From NCBI GenBank assembly GCA_951406725.2, contig OX597822.1:8928001-8992000 (forward strand): DNA of 64,000 nucleotides, given 5' to 3'. Positions 29,577 to 42,452 of the stretch are shown one piece after another. The notes under the pieces were generated by a model, which searched no databases, was not told the DNA's origin, and worked only from the letters and a program-made list of their open reading frames with translations. Within the stretch, counting starts at the first letter, position 1. Each line of letters begins with the position of its first letter. This stretch comes from Octopus vulgaris (taxonomy: Eukaryota). The translations under genes were made by a program, and so were the position numbers.

Positions 29577-29975
29577 TGTTTCTTTATTAGCCACACAGGG
29601 CTGCACACAGACAGGACAAATTACAAGGTAGAGCTTTTCTTTTGGGGGTAAAAAAGGGAGCGTAAAAGGAAAGAAAGAGGACAAAAAAAGGGGGGGGATA
29701 AAAAAATTTTAAAAAAGGGAAAGAAAGGGAAAGGAAATGATCAATAAGGATCGTTATCACAGAAATGTCAATATAAAGTGTAAAGGGGAGAAGGTGAGAT
29801 TTACCCGTGGAAAGAAAAGCCTACGGAAAAGACCACGGTAACCTCGGTCAATGAAGTCACATGTTATATTTTTTTTACAAATAAGCAACTCTCTGTCTTA
29901 ATTTTTACGGTTCATAGGATCATAGTCAAGGTGGCTTCGTCATTCATACGTGCCATTCTTGCTACATTCACCCAA
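29577..29975 (-). mobile_element. 3' end of a LINE (L1/Tx1-like, tentative) terminating in (GATA)n
   Basis: Homologous to 58310-58772 with the same junction to (GATA)n; minus strand has an ORF end WVNVARMARMNDEATLTMIL* followed by a pyrimidine-rich UTR. The clade is inferred, not shown. Confidence 0.55.
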
Positions 29976-30309
29976 AGGTAGATACAGATACATATATATA
30001 CTCATATATGTATATCTCAATGAATATATATCCATTTATGGTTATACATACATATATATATATATATATATATGCATATATATATACATATATACAAGCA
30101 TGCGTATGCATAAATATACCTATATATGTATGTGCGTACTATCTATGTTTACACACACATTTGTATACACACATTATTTCACATATTCAATTACGTACCT
30201 TTGAAGATGTCTGTTTCAACTTGCGAATCGTCGTAGAAATACACTTGTTTACCGTGTGTGCGTGTGCGTAGTGTGCGTGAGTATGCGTGTGTGCGTGTTT
30301 GTTTGTGTA

Positions 30310-30340
<31 letters not shown>

Positions 30341-30420
30341 CTGTTTGTGTGTGTGCGTGTGTATAAATATATATAGCAGAGCGTGATAGGGAACAGATAG
30401 ACAAGTAGATTGATTGACAG

Positions 30421-30742
30421 TGAGGGCGCGTGGCTTAGTGGTTAGGGCATTCGGCTCATGATCGTAAGGTTGTGAGTTCGATTCCCGGCGACGCGTTGTG
30501 TCCTTGAGCAAGACACTTTATTTCACGTTGCTCCAGTCCACTCAGCTGGCAAAAATGAGTTGTACTTGTATTTCAAAGGGTCAGCCTTGTCACTCTCTGT
30601 GTCACGCTGATTATCCCCGAGAACTACGTTAAGGGTACACGTGTCTGTGGAATGCTCAGCCATTTGCACGTTAATTTCACGAGCAAGCTGTTCCGTTGAT
30701 CGTATCAGCTGGGACCCTCGTCGTCGTAACCGGCGGAGTCTT
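30421..30742 (+). mobile_element. tRNA-derived SINE family C (CORE-like centre) with tail type 2
   Basis: A box TGGCTTAGTGG, B box GAGTTCGATTCC, centre gtgtccttgagcaagacacttt; tail shared with 60151-60542 and 62645-63036. Confidence 0.85.
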
Positions 30743-31022
30743 TTTAGATTGATTGACATATAGACAGATAGACCAACATATACATACATAGATTGGTGGT
30801 TTAAACTGCTATGTATGGCATAAGTGGCCAGTTTCCATGAATTTTATAACGAATTTGGCTGTTCTTATCACTTTGTCATCCAAACGGTAAAAGTTTCGTT
30901 TTTATTCTTAATCATGCTAGATAGTTTAGATAGACCTTAAGTTACTCTTTCGAAAGATGACGAAGAGAAAGTTGTAAGAAGGTATACAGACATATAAGGT
31001 AGATAGATAGATATATAGATAG

Positions 31023-31102
<80 letters not shown>

Positions 31103-31135
31103 CAGACCGACAGACAGACAGACAGACAGACAGAC

Positions 31136-31278
<143 letters not shown>

Positions 31279-31841
31279 CATAAATAAAGAAGGGAGCTTT
31301 AACGAAACGGAAAATATTCTGCGAAATTAGGTTTTAATGAGTGCCATGAATGTGTATGAAGAGTGTGACAAATATAGACGCTCATATTGTAAACATTACA
31401 GTTATTTTTAATGAAATTCTTTTGAAAATATCTTGGCATTTGAAGTCTTCAATAAGTTTAATAGTTTTTTTAATATTTGGAGAAAATTTCTCACCGTTCC
31501 ATAGACTTAATATTTGATCTAAAGAAATCAGTTATAGCTGGCTTCATATCCCATAACTTAATACTTTTGATATTTTCGCTGATACGATTAATCTCAGTTA
31601 CTTTAAAATTCCTTATTGCTAAATTTCACACAGAAAAGTTGTTAATGAAAATTACTTTGATTTCTTGAATATTAATTAAGATTCAATCTTATCAAATGGT
31701 TGGAAGCGATTCGGTATCTTTTTTATTCATTCGCTTTTATTCATTTGGATTGTACATGCTTTCTATATACGTAGCTGTATGTGCGTATGTGAATATGATG
31801 CGTTCTCATAAGTACATATACATATACTTATGCGCGAGTGT

Positions 31842-31900
<59 letters not shown>

Positions 31901-32030
31901 TACGAAAATATATATATATCAATATATATGTAGATATATTGTTGTATTTATTATTTATGTATACGTATACATTGATAGATGACAACATATACGTATTTAT
32001 GAATACAACCACACTCTCACGCACACACAA

Positions 32031-32113
<83 letters not shown>

Positions 32114-32281
32114 TATCTTGTATCGACATCTATACGCGTGTGTGTATGTATATACATATATAAACATATCTATAGGTATGTATATAATGTATATATATGT
32201 TTGTATGTTTATATATACACATATATGTATCTATGTGTCTGTATATATTTGTATGTATATATATGAACATATAACACACAT

Positions 32282-32320
<39 letters not shown>

Positions 32321-33137
32321 ACATTATGTATATAAATTTATATTTATAATATAACCGTGTCTGCGTGTATATGCATCATATGTATTATATCCTCATTCAT
32401 ATATATATAATATATAGATGCGTGTGTCTGTGTGTGTGTGTTTGTCTTTGTGTAAGTGAGATTGAGAGAATGCCTGCGCCTCGGCTTGTGTGTTTGCGCG
32501 CGCGCGTGTGTGCATGTGTGTGTGTGTGTGTGTGCATGTCCGGGGTGGGACATACGGTGCTTATATGTTTGTGTTATATTAATAGGCTAATACAAAATCT
32601 AATAATCGCCGATGCACCACGAGACAATAACAAAAACTAAATTTATCAGACTTCACTCTGATCTTATATCTGATATGATCCGAATAAATAAAATATCAGA
32701 TACGTCTGTGATATTTTAAGTGGAGAACATTGAAGGAGTCAGAAACGCTTCATTAACTAATTATTTGTGGTTTCGTTTGAACGGTTTCCTTTCTCTGATT
32801 TTCTTTTTGTATAAAACCATATGATAACCTAACTCAGGAAATTAATTGCACATGTACGATGAAACAAATACTGATATAAACAAGCATACATATACACATA
32901 TATACACATATGTACACACGCACACATACTTGAATTTATACATACACTCACAGATATATATACATAAATGTACTTACATATTTGTATATATGTATATATT
33001 CTCATATATATATATATATATAGAACCTACTTGGAAAAAAATACGTGGCGTTCGATGATATAATAATATAAATAATATATAAATATATGCATATATAAGT
33101 ATATACATGTGCATACCTACACATATATGCATATATA

Positions 33138-33458
33138 TACATGTATATATGGGTACATATAAAAAACGAGAACATAAGAAACAAAGACATGGAAAGCGAA
33201 CTTTTTTCGAACAACGAAAAGAGCAAACAAAGAAAGAGAAACGAGACATGCATCATAAAGAATATTCCCTACATTCGAAACGTGGAGTAGATAAAACAGG
33301 GGAAAACTGATGAAGGGAATGTTCTTTATGTTGTATGTCTCGTCCCTCTGTTTTATTCATTGTTCGAAAAAAGTTCGCTTTCTATGTTTTTGTTTCGTAT
33401 GTTCTCGTTTCTCATTTTCTCTACGTTTTTTGATATCCTGTACCCATATATGCATGTA
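33138..33458. repeat. Imperfect fold-back repeat (33138-33270 / 33314-33458) in TA-rich DNA
   Basis: gaaagcgaacttttttcgaacaa versus ttgttcgaaaaaagttcgctttc; cataaagaatattccct versus agggaatgttctttatg. Confidence 0.85.
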
Positions 33459-33734
33459 GATAAATATATATATATATATATATACTTGGTTGTTAAGTAA
33501 TACTTTAATTGTTCCACGTCCTCGCGTTGCTGTGTTTTTTTCTGTGTTTTTTTCTGTGTTTTCTTGTTTGGATTAACTATAAATATATATATATATATAT
33601 ATTTATATATATGCATATATATACTGAAATTTACATGCTTATATAATTATAAAAATTGCATTTTTTCGTTAATGTCATTATTATTATTATCATTATTATT
33701 ATTATTGTTGTTGTTGTTGCTGTTATTGCTATTA

Positions 33735-34620
33735 TCGTTTTACTCCTGAGAGTACTTGGTCTTGTTTGCTTTGGTAGATTCCGTGAGAATGGAGAGCAGC
33801 CTGCTGCCAGAGGTCTCACAGGCTCTCTTTCAGCGTATCATAGTCTTTGATACTTGGTAGTTAAGTATAGTGTGATATTTCAACATCGAAGTACCAGTCT
33901 CAAAATCCTAGCTGTCCCCAACAGGGCAGCTTTCTCGGCTTCCTCTACCCTCATGTCAATTCCGATTTCTCTGACATATTTCTAAAACTTGGTTGTTAGT
34001 GTACCTACAACTACTGGACTCTCCTCATAACCCACATTATTGCAACTTCATCTTTTAGTAGTCTGTACTTGTCAACCTTTTCCAATTCTTTATCCTTAAT
34101 GCGTGCATCTCCAGGTATTGCAATATCTATAATGTTGGTTTCCTTTTTACTTTTATCTACCACAACAATATCTGTTCTCCGAGCATCGATTAAGGAGTCA
34201 CATCGGATTGTAGAATCCCATAGTAGCTTATATTCCATTTTGTCGGTTACTCCTGGTTCAATTTAGTACCATTTCCATACTCTGTCAAAGCCGCAATTTT
34301 TACATAGCCTGCAGTGGACGACCTTAGCCACCGTGACTCCTTTTGTAGTGCTTTTGTGTCACCTTGCTACACACATTCACACTATGTGAGATTGTTTTGT
34401 TTCTGCTGCTACACATCCTATAATGGGGTGATTCGCTGTTCTTATCTATTTGGGACTTGGTGTAATTAGTTCTTATATCTTGTCCCTAGGCACTGCATAT
34501 TAATGCCTAACTGCATCCTTTCAGGTCACTTTTTCTAAGCCATCTCAAAGTGTGGGTCATACCTGCTCCTTCGATTTTCCTGAAGTATTGCCCATGCAGT
34601 GAATTCATCTTCCAATTGTT
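33735..34620 (-). mobile_element. R4/Dong-like LINE 3' fragment (zinc knuckle + REL), degenerate
   Basis: YKLLWDSTIRCDSLIDARRTDIVVVDKSKKETNIIDIAIPGDARIKDKELEKVDKY; flanked by (TTA)/(TTG) tracts. Confidence 0.85.
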
Positions 34621-34664
34621 TACTCTTTCTTCTTCGTCGTCTTATTATTGTTAATATTATTATC

Positions 34665-34699
<35 letters not shown>

Positions 34700-34733
34700 C
34701 ATTATTATTATTATTATTGTTAGTATTATTATC

Positions 34734-34772
<39 letters not shown>

Positions 34773-34871
34773 GAGTGAGAGAGCAGTTCATGCCATCAAA
34801 GTGACACTGGGGTAAAATATACGAAGCCCAATATACCCATCATGACTACCCGTCTGATAAAGGTACACCAG

Positions 34872-34872
<1 letters not shown>
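34773..34872 (-). mobile_element. Truncated copy of the 9661-10215 element
   Basis: Near-identical to 9661-9760; (TTA)n on both sides. Confidence 0.85.
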
Positions 34873-34948
<76 letters not shown>

Positions 34949-34963
34949 GTTGTTGTTATTGTT

Positions 34964-34994
<31 letters not shown>

Positions 34995-35074
34995 CTGTTG
35001 TTGTTGTTATCGTCATCATTATCATCGTTATCATCATCATCATCACCATCATCATCATCATTATCATTAAGTTG

Positions 35075-35678
35075 ACGGTGAGTTAGCTGAATCGCTAGCA
35101 CGCCAGAAAAACATGCTTAGCGACATTTTGTCCGTCTTTATATATTGGGTTCAGATTCCGCTGTGGAAGTTAATAAAGTAAGTACCTATTGAGCACAGTG
35201 GCCGGCGTTATCGATTAAACCGTCCCCCACAAACTGCTGGCCTTGTGTCAAGATTAGAAAGAATTATCAATATTATACAAGCGGTGAGTTGGCAAAATCC
35301 TTAGCTTGACGGACAAAATGCTTAGCGGCATTTCATCCGTCTTTATGTGTTGAGTTAATATATCGCCGAAGTTGCCTTTATCTTTCATGATTTGAGGTCG
35401 GTGAAGTGTGTACTTGTTGCGCACTGGGATTGATGTAATCGACTAGTCCCCTCCCCATGGATTTCAGGCCTTGTACCTACAGTAGAAATGGTTGTTATTA
35501 TTACTAAAGAGGAAAAGTTGACAAGCTGACAGAATCGTTAGCACGCTGGACAAAATTCTTCGCGACATCTTGTTTCGTCTTTACTTTCTGGTTTCCAATT
35601 CCGCCGATATCGACTTTGCTTTTCATCCTTTAGGGGTTGATAAATTAAGTACCAGTAAAACACTGGGGTCGATGTAAT
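35075..35678 (+). mobile_element. Three head-to-tail diverged SINE family D copies
   Basis: Repeated g.cggtgagtt.gc.gaatc.ttagc...tgcttagcg.catt...ccgtcttta units at about 35075, 35280 and 35510. Confidence 0.8.
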
Positions 35679-37469
35679 ACATACATACATACATACATAC
35701 ATACATACATAGACGGATGATTAACATCTAGCTATCACCTGAGAACCCTTATCACATGGGAAGATGTATCATGCGTTCGAAAATTGTTTTAGATGCCTGT
35801 TTTCTTGCGAGCAGGTATAGACAGTTTTCTTCCCTCTCAGTTTTGTTGCATTGTCACACACTAGGTGTAAGAACAGGTGGAGCGAGAGACAGCTGCATCC
35901 CTAGCATTCGGCTGGCACACATTCTTTCCTGAATTGACTGAAGCAACTGGAAATGCTGCGGCGCCTTCTTCATGGCGCTTCGTGCGCGTTCCAAAGATTG
36001 AATTATAGACATCATATTAGAAATTGTGAGCGACCAAGCCGACCGAAAAATGGAAAAAAATTTCCGTAGATTTGTAATATAGCTGAATTTTTGCATGAAT
36101 GGGAACTTTACCAACGACGAACAATTGAACCGGATGAGGGTGGTAAACTGGTGATGGATTATGTCCAGAAATGGTCCTGGAATGTGGTTCCTACACAGTT
36201 TTCCTTTTATGATATTTCACTCACAAAATTGATCTCATCGATGTTAAGCAACGTCTGAAGACGAATAACCAACGTTAGTTGCTATGTAATAGAAACCGAT
36301 CTTATACAGATGCAAAACCGACTTAATCATTTCCATTTCCACATTATGTGTACTACGACAGTTATGAGTTTCTTCTAGTAATTATTATCAGTTTCTAATT
36401 AAATTTATAAATAATTTAAATGTCAGTTTAAAAAAATAATGGCATAAAAATCTCAAACTGGAAGAATCTGTATTCAATGTGAGTTTTATTCCTGAATACT
36501 TTATAATAATATCTTTTATCCAAACACAGAATTTTACTTCCTTATCTCATTTTATTCTCTCTTTATGAATATGCGCTTTGTATTAGTTTAGTTTTTGTTT
36601 TTGTCATGAATATCTCTTATTAGAAAACGTATAAATAATCAAGCACCAGCTGTTGTGTTTGCGACATCAGGGCTACTTCACTTCATTAATGAAAACATCA
36701 ACAATTGCAAATCGCGGGCGTGTTAAAAGAACAAAACCAATGTGAATAAATTCTAATAATGACAAAACTGAGATGAACGTGAGGATAATTCATATGGTTA
36801 GAATTATAATTGAATACATGAAATATGAGATAAATGGCAAGTTTTAATGTCACTAGAATACCTTGAGTGTTTGGAAAGTTTGTTCTTTTTAAATAATGGG
36901 AGCGCTCACTTATATGACATCATCAACGGTTAGAAAAAGTTTTTAAATTTTCAATTGTGGTGCACCTACTCTGGATAGAGTCATGCTTTCAGAACGTGAT
37001 ATTAATTACTGCAGACAATCATACAATGGATGTTGTTAGAACAATATAAGTTACAGTGAGCTATGTTAGTCATATCGTTCACAACTTTTGAGATATAAGA
37101 ACAATAGCTATGAAAATAAATGCTGCAAATCACACGCGCATAAACACAGCCGCATATGCATTGTAAGATCTTAAACATTTTGCTATTACTGAACAGTGAT
37201 ACTATTACTAGCAGTTTCGAATCCAAACAAAGGTGGGAACTTTCTTCGAACATGCAACGTCCGTCCGCCAGCAGTTATGACTACACAGCAGTAAGCTCCC
37301 TTTATAAAAACCGATATAATCTAATGCTTACATCAGACGTAATGTCTGGACTCACATAGCTACCGCGGATGAACCCTTGTCAATGATCAGGCCGGTGAAT
37401 CCGACATATAGACTCTAATAGAGTGACATCGAAACACTTTTGAAACTTCGCTTACTGAGTCGTAAATAA

Positions 37470-37710
37470 AAATAAATGCACCCTTTTAAAGCCTTGTCAG
37501 GCTCATGGGCCCGGTTTCTCGGTTTCAATGGCATACGTGTTCCCCAGCTGGACGGGACGCGTTACTTATTTTTGCCAGCTGAGTAGACTGGAGCAATGTG
37601 AAATGAAGTGTTTTGCTCAAGAATACAACGCATCGCCCGGTCCAGTAATCGAAACCACAATCTTACGATCATGCTGCTGACACCCTAACCGCTAAGCCAC
37701 GCGCCTCCAC
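37470..37710 (-). mobile_element. SINE family C head/core with tail type 3
   Basis: Minus strand gtggaggcgcgtggcttagcggttaggg...tcttgagcaaaacactt...gctccagtctactcagctggcaaaaat matches 30421-30560; the 3' part differs. Confidence 0.8.
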
Positions 37711-37853
37711 TTTACTGCGTCTTATGAATATTTATACATATTTATAAAAATATAAAGACATAAACTAATATATAGAAATGTGTACATATATTCATAAAGA
37801 CTCATATGAATTTAGATGTACATAATCTGTGATCAAGAAAAAATATTAGGGCG

Positions 37854-37916
<63 letters not shown>

Positions 37917-37948
37917 AATAACATATATAACCACACACATGTACGCAA

Positions 37949-38005
<57 letters not shown>

Positions 38006-38186
38006 GGCTTGTATATTATTTCTATATACATCCATATGTATATTTACCATACAAATTATCCTCTTTCGTTTTTATTTTCGTCTCCATATGTTTTCTTTTC
38101 CCTGCTTGTGCGTTCCCGAACAATATCTGTCAGATAATCATTTTATTGAATAAAATTCATTGTATAATTGCAAAATTACAATACAC

Positions 38187-38246
<60 letters not shown>

Positions 38247-38686
38247 GTATATACATCCATATGTATATTCTATATACAAATTATCCTCTTCGTTTTTATT
38301 TTCGTCTCCAATATTTTATACATACCTTCTGCAGTTTGTTTTGGTATATGTTTCTATTTTGCTGTTTATCAATAGTGTTTTCCTGAAATTTTGAAAATAC
38401 TTTTGAAGTAAACTTTTAAAAAATATTTTACTTTTAATATTTTTTCTCAATAATACATATATGATTAAATAGTTTAAGAACGGGAAAAAACTTCCAAAAA
38501 TGTGTGTGCGTGTGTATATTTGCGTTTGTGTGTGTGTGTGTGTGTGTGTGTGAATGTATGTGTGTGTGTGCATGTGTGTGAGTGAGTGTGTGTGTTTGTT
38601 TATGTGTTTATGTGCGTGAGTATATATGAATGTAAGCTTAAACTGCTTTTTGCTCAGTATAGTATAAAAATATTTTTTTATACATG

Positions 38687-38771
<85 letters not shown>

Positions 38772-38837
38772 GAGTGTTCGTGCGTGTGATCTATGTGTGC
38801 GTATCTGTATATCTGCATATAAACTTAATTTTGTTTC

Positions 38838-38876
<39 letters not shown>

Positions 38877-38931
38877 TATAAATATTTATATATATGTCTC
38901 TTATAAATATGAAGTTTATATAGAGACATAG

Positions 38932-38982
<51 letters not shown>

Positions 38983-38994
38983 TTTATATATATA

Positions 38995-39062
<68 letters not shown>

Positions 39063-39073
39063 TAGAGAAAGAA

Positions 39074-39141
<68 letters not shown>

Positions 39142-39506
39142 GAATAAGAGGTGAATGGAAATAAAAATCAAACAAAGCCTAACGAGAATCAGAGAAAGAG
39201 AAATAGTGTGAGGAGAGATGGTTGGTGGGAATCATGTGTTGGAAATGGAGCAATGTCATTGGCAGAGATGATGAAAGTTTTGGTAAAGCGGGGGGTGGGG
39301 GGTTGGAATGTATAGTAAAACTACAAAGTATTTACCCAAAGTAAATCAATTTATCTTTACCAACACTTTTCAGTAGTAATAATGAATAAATAAGTGGCTG
39401 AATAAATTGCATCTGTGCACGGACATATACTCGTGAACGCATACACGTACAGATAATCACAGTTGTCATGCATGCACACATGTGCATACACACAGATACA
39501 TATATG

Positions 39507-39594
<88 letters not shown>

Positions 39595-42237
39595 TACATC
39601 ATTGAAGTCAGCAGCAATTTCAAATCGTAATGGTTTCTAAAAGATTTCTATTTTATACCAAACTTGAAACTTTTTTTTTCTATTAAATGGGAAAATACAT
39701 CAATTACATTTAGTATTTGGCAGTTTGTGCACAAAACGTTTTCCACTAGAATTAAGCAGTTTATCATTCGATGTTTTATAGCGAATTCCTATTCACATCG
39801 GCGTATATAAAGACGAAAAGGCTGAGCCAATACTTCAGTTTATATACACCTAATATGCCTTATTTTGAAATCTGCTGCTTGTAACATAAAATGTTTGTGG
39901 GCAGAACATTTAATTCTATGTCTCTTACCGTTCAATTAGCTTTTTTTCACTTCCAGCAGTGGCACTGCTGAAGTAATTACTAATACCATTTTCTACTCAA
40001 TTAATTAATAGTTTTCTTAGCAGCAGAAAACTCTACGTTATTAGGTATGCATACGCATGACCTAGTAAACGCTATAGAGTAGCTGTACGTTTGTTGCAAG
40101 CCAAATTTCTCTTGTCAAATTGATTTCCGATACAGGCATTTCAATCTTCACACATATCATTCCCTGAAGTATCTTTTAGTTTGAAGTGTTATGCATTACT
40201 CCTGGTTGATTTGCTCATGAAAATGAATTTTTTTCAGTGTAATATAAGAATGTTGCAGCTTGTAATATTCTTATATTGCATCACAGTACGTCCTCCAGTG
40301 AGACACATTAACGTAGAATCTAAATACTTCACACATTTTCTCCGATTTTTATTTGTAATTCCATGATAAAAGATCGGAAGCTTATAGCGCATTAAAATGC
40401 AACTACACTTGGACGTAGGAGAGAAATGGTTTCAAACAAACTATTTCAGTTCATTACCGGACTGGATATTGTAATTACAATGACAATGAAGAATAAAACG
40501 ACAAATTATAATTGAATTAGATTTTTTTTTAAAGATAAGAATGAAACTAGCACTATTAATTGTTGTCCCACTGCTAATTGTTTCGCTATCAAATATCAAA
40601 GCTCTAGTTAGCAAGATGACGTTGACACGATAAGAACGGCGACACATTAGAATATCCATTAGACTAATGAGCTGCGATAACTGTACTACTTACATCTACT
40701 TAAGTGGCTGTCTGCTCCCCATTGGCAGGATTGTAGTAAAGGTTATCGAAGAGTAAATGCTTGTGTATTGTGATTATGCTTGATATAATGGTAATTTCAT
40801 CGGTAATTTAATTCTTTAAATTGATTTAAACAAATTTCAAACGTATCTAGTTAAAAATATGGACATTTTTAACATATAAAAGATTTATCTCGTACGCTTC
40901 TCTATTCTCGCCAATTGCTTACTAACCTCTTCCTAAAATGAGTGAAGCCATTTGTTTGTCTTGAAAGAACAACGCTACTCCATCATTGTTTTAAACCAGA
41001 CAATGCTATTTGTTCTGGAAACAGCGTGAAATTTTCATTCCATACAATCAAGAGCATATGCAAATTTCCCAGCCAATAGTATACCCTAAAAATAGCTTTT
41101 TTTCTTTATTGGTTGAAAAATAGTTACAAGATAGCGAAGAGGCCTAAAACATAGAGGCATATATGCAAAATAGAGGCATATTTCAGTAGTTTAAACTTGA
41201 AGAAAGGCAACGAAAATGACAAATCAACTAAAAGAAGATAAGAAGGAATCTCTTCTTGATTTAAAGCGGATTCAAATTGCTCGTAGCTTGTTCTATGTGT
41301 CATCGTTCATTGCGTCAAAACGAGTGCTTCGCCAATTAATAGTAAAGCTCCATTGTCTCAAAAACGTATCCCCCTATTTATTAAGGACAGACTCATAGAT
41401 ACATCATATTTTTATGACCCCATCGTACTCAACTGCTTTATGTTTTCTCTAATGATGCGTGACTACTTTACTGAAAATACAAACATGCCTGCTAGACCTG
41501 ATAGTAATCCAGAAGAGCCTTCAAATTATTCACTAATACACAATTTGAATTCATTCCTATTATCATGTACTTGTCTCCTAAATAGAACGAGGCAAACGAA
41601 TGTTTCAGATTAGAATATTAAGCCTCAGTCCCCAACCGACGCTCGTCATAACTACTAATGATAATCCAATTGTACTTGCACTGCGATAAATGAAGTGTTT
41701 GGATAAATTGCTTCTGGTTCATATAAAAATCTGTTGTTGCCACAAGCGTCGACAACGAACAGCGCTTTATTATTCAAATATATTCACAGAGAAATCAGTC
41801 TCAATACTTTCTTCCTACTAATTTTCGTGCGCGTAAAACACATGCGACTCAAAAACTGTTTGCTGACTTCTGTTCCTTTCTGTTAAGTAATAAGATTCGG
41901 GGATATTTCCAAAAATGACAATAATCTGTTGTACATCTCCTTGTATTATTCTGACCACACAATTCCTAAGTAGATGACTACGACGCACTCTACGTTACAT
42001 CAATTTCTACTTATGGCTACATTCTTACCTACAGGATTTTAATAGTAAGTATGTGTCAACTTAGAAAAAAGTTATAGTATTGCTGTTACTATATTTTGAA
42101 ATATAAAACGGCGTCAGAAATAAAATTAATGAATCTTGAAACTTTGGGTGTCTCACAGATTTACCAATTTCCATTAATGCATGTTCCGCGAAACAGTTCC
42201 GCAGAATGAATTTACTCGTTATTATTGCATAGAAAAA

Positions 42238-42452
42238 AGGTGGCGAACAGGTAGAATCGTTAGCACGCCGGGAAAAGTGCTTAGCGGCACTTTGTCCGTC
42301 TTTACGTTCTAAGTTCAAATTCTGCCGAAGTCGACTTTGCCTTTCATCCTTTCGGGACTGATAAAATAAGTACCACTTGACCACTGGGTTCGATGTAATC
42401 GACTTAGTTCCTCCCCCAAATTTGCTGACCTTGTACCAAAATGTAAAACCAT
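42238..42452 (+). mobile_element. SINE family D
   Basis: Colinear with 9347-9565. Confidence 0.85.

Noticed and set aside
35720-36200. Moderately GC-rich complex segment with an 86-aa minus-strand ORF
   Set aside because: No identifiable domain, repeat partner or structure within the window.
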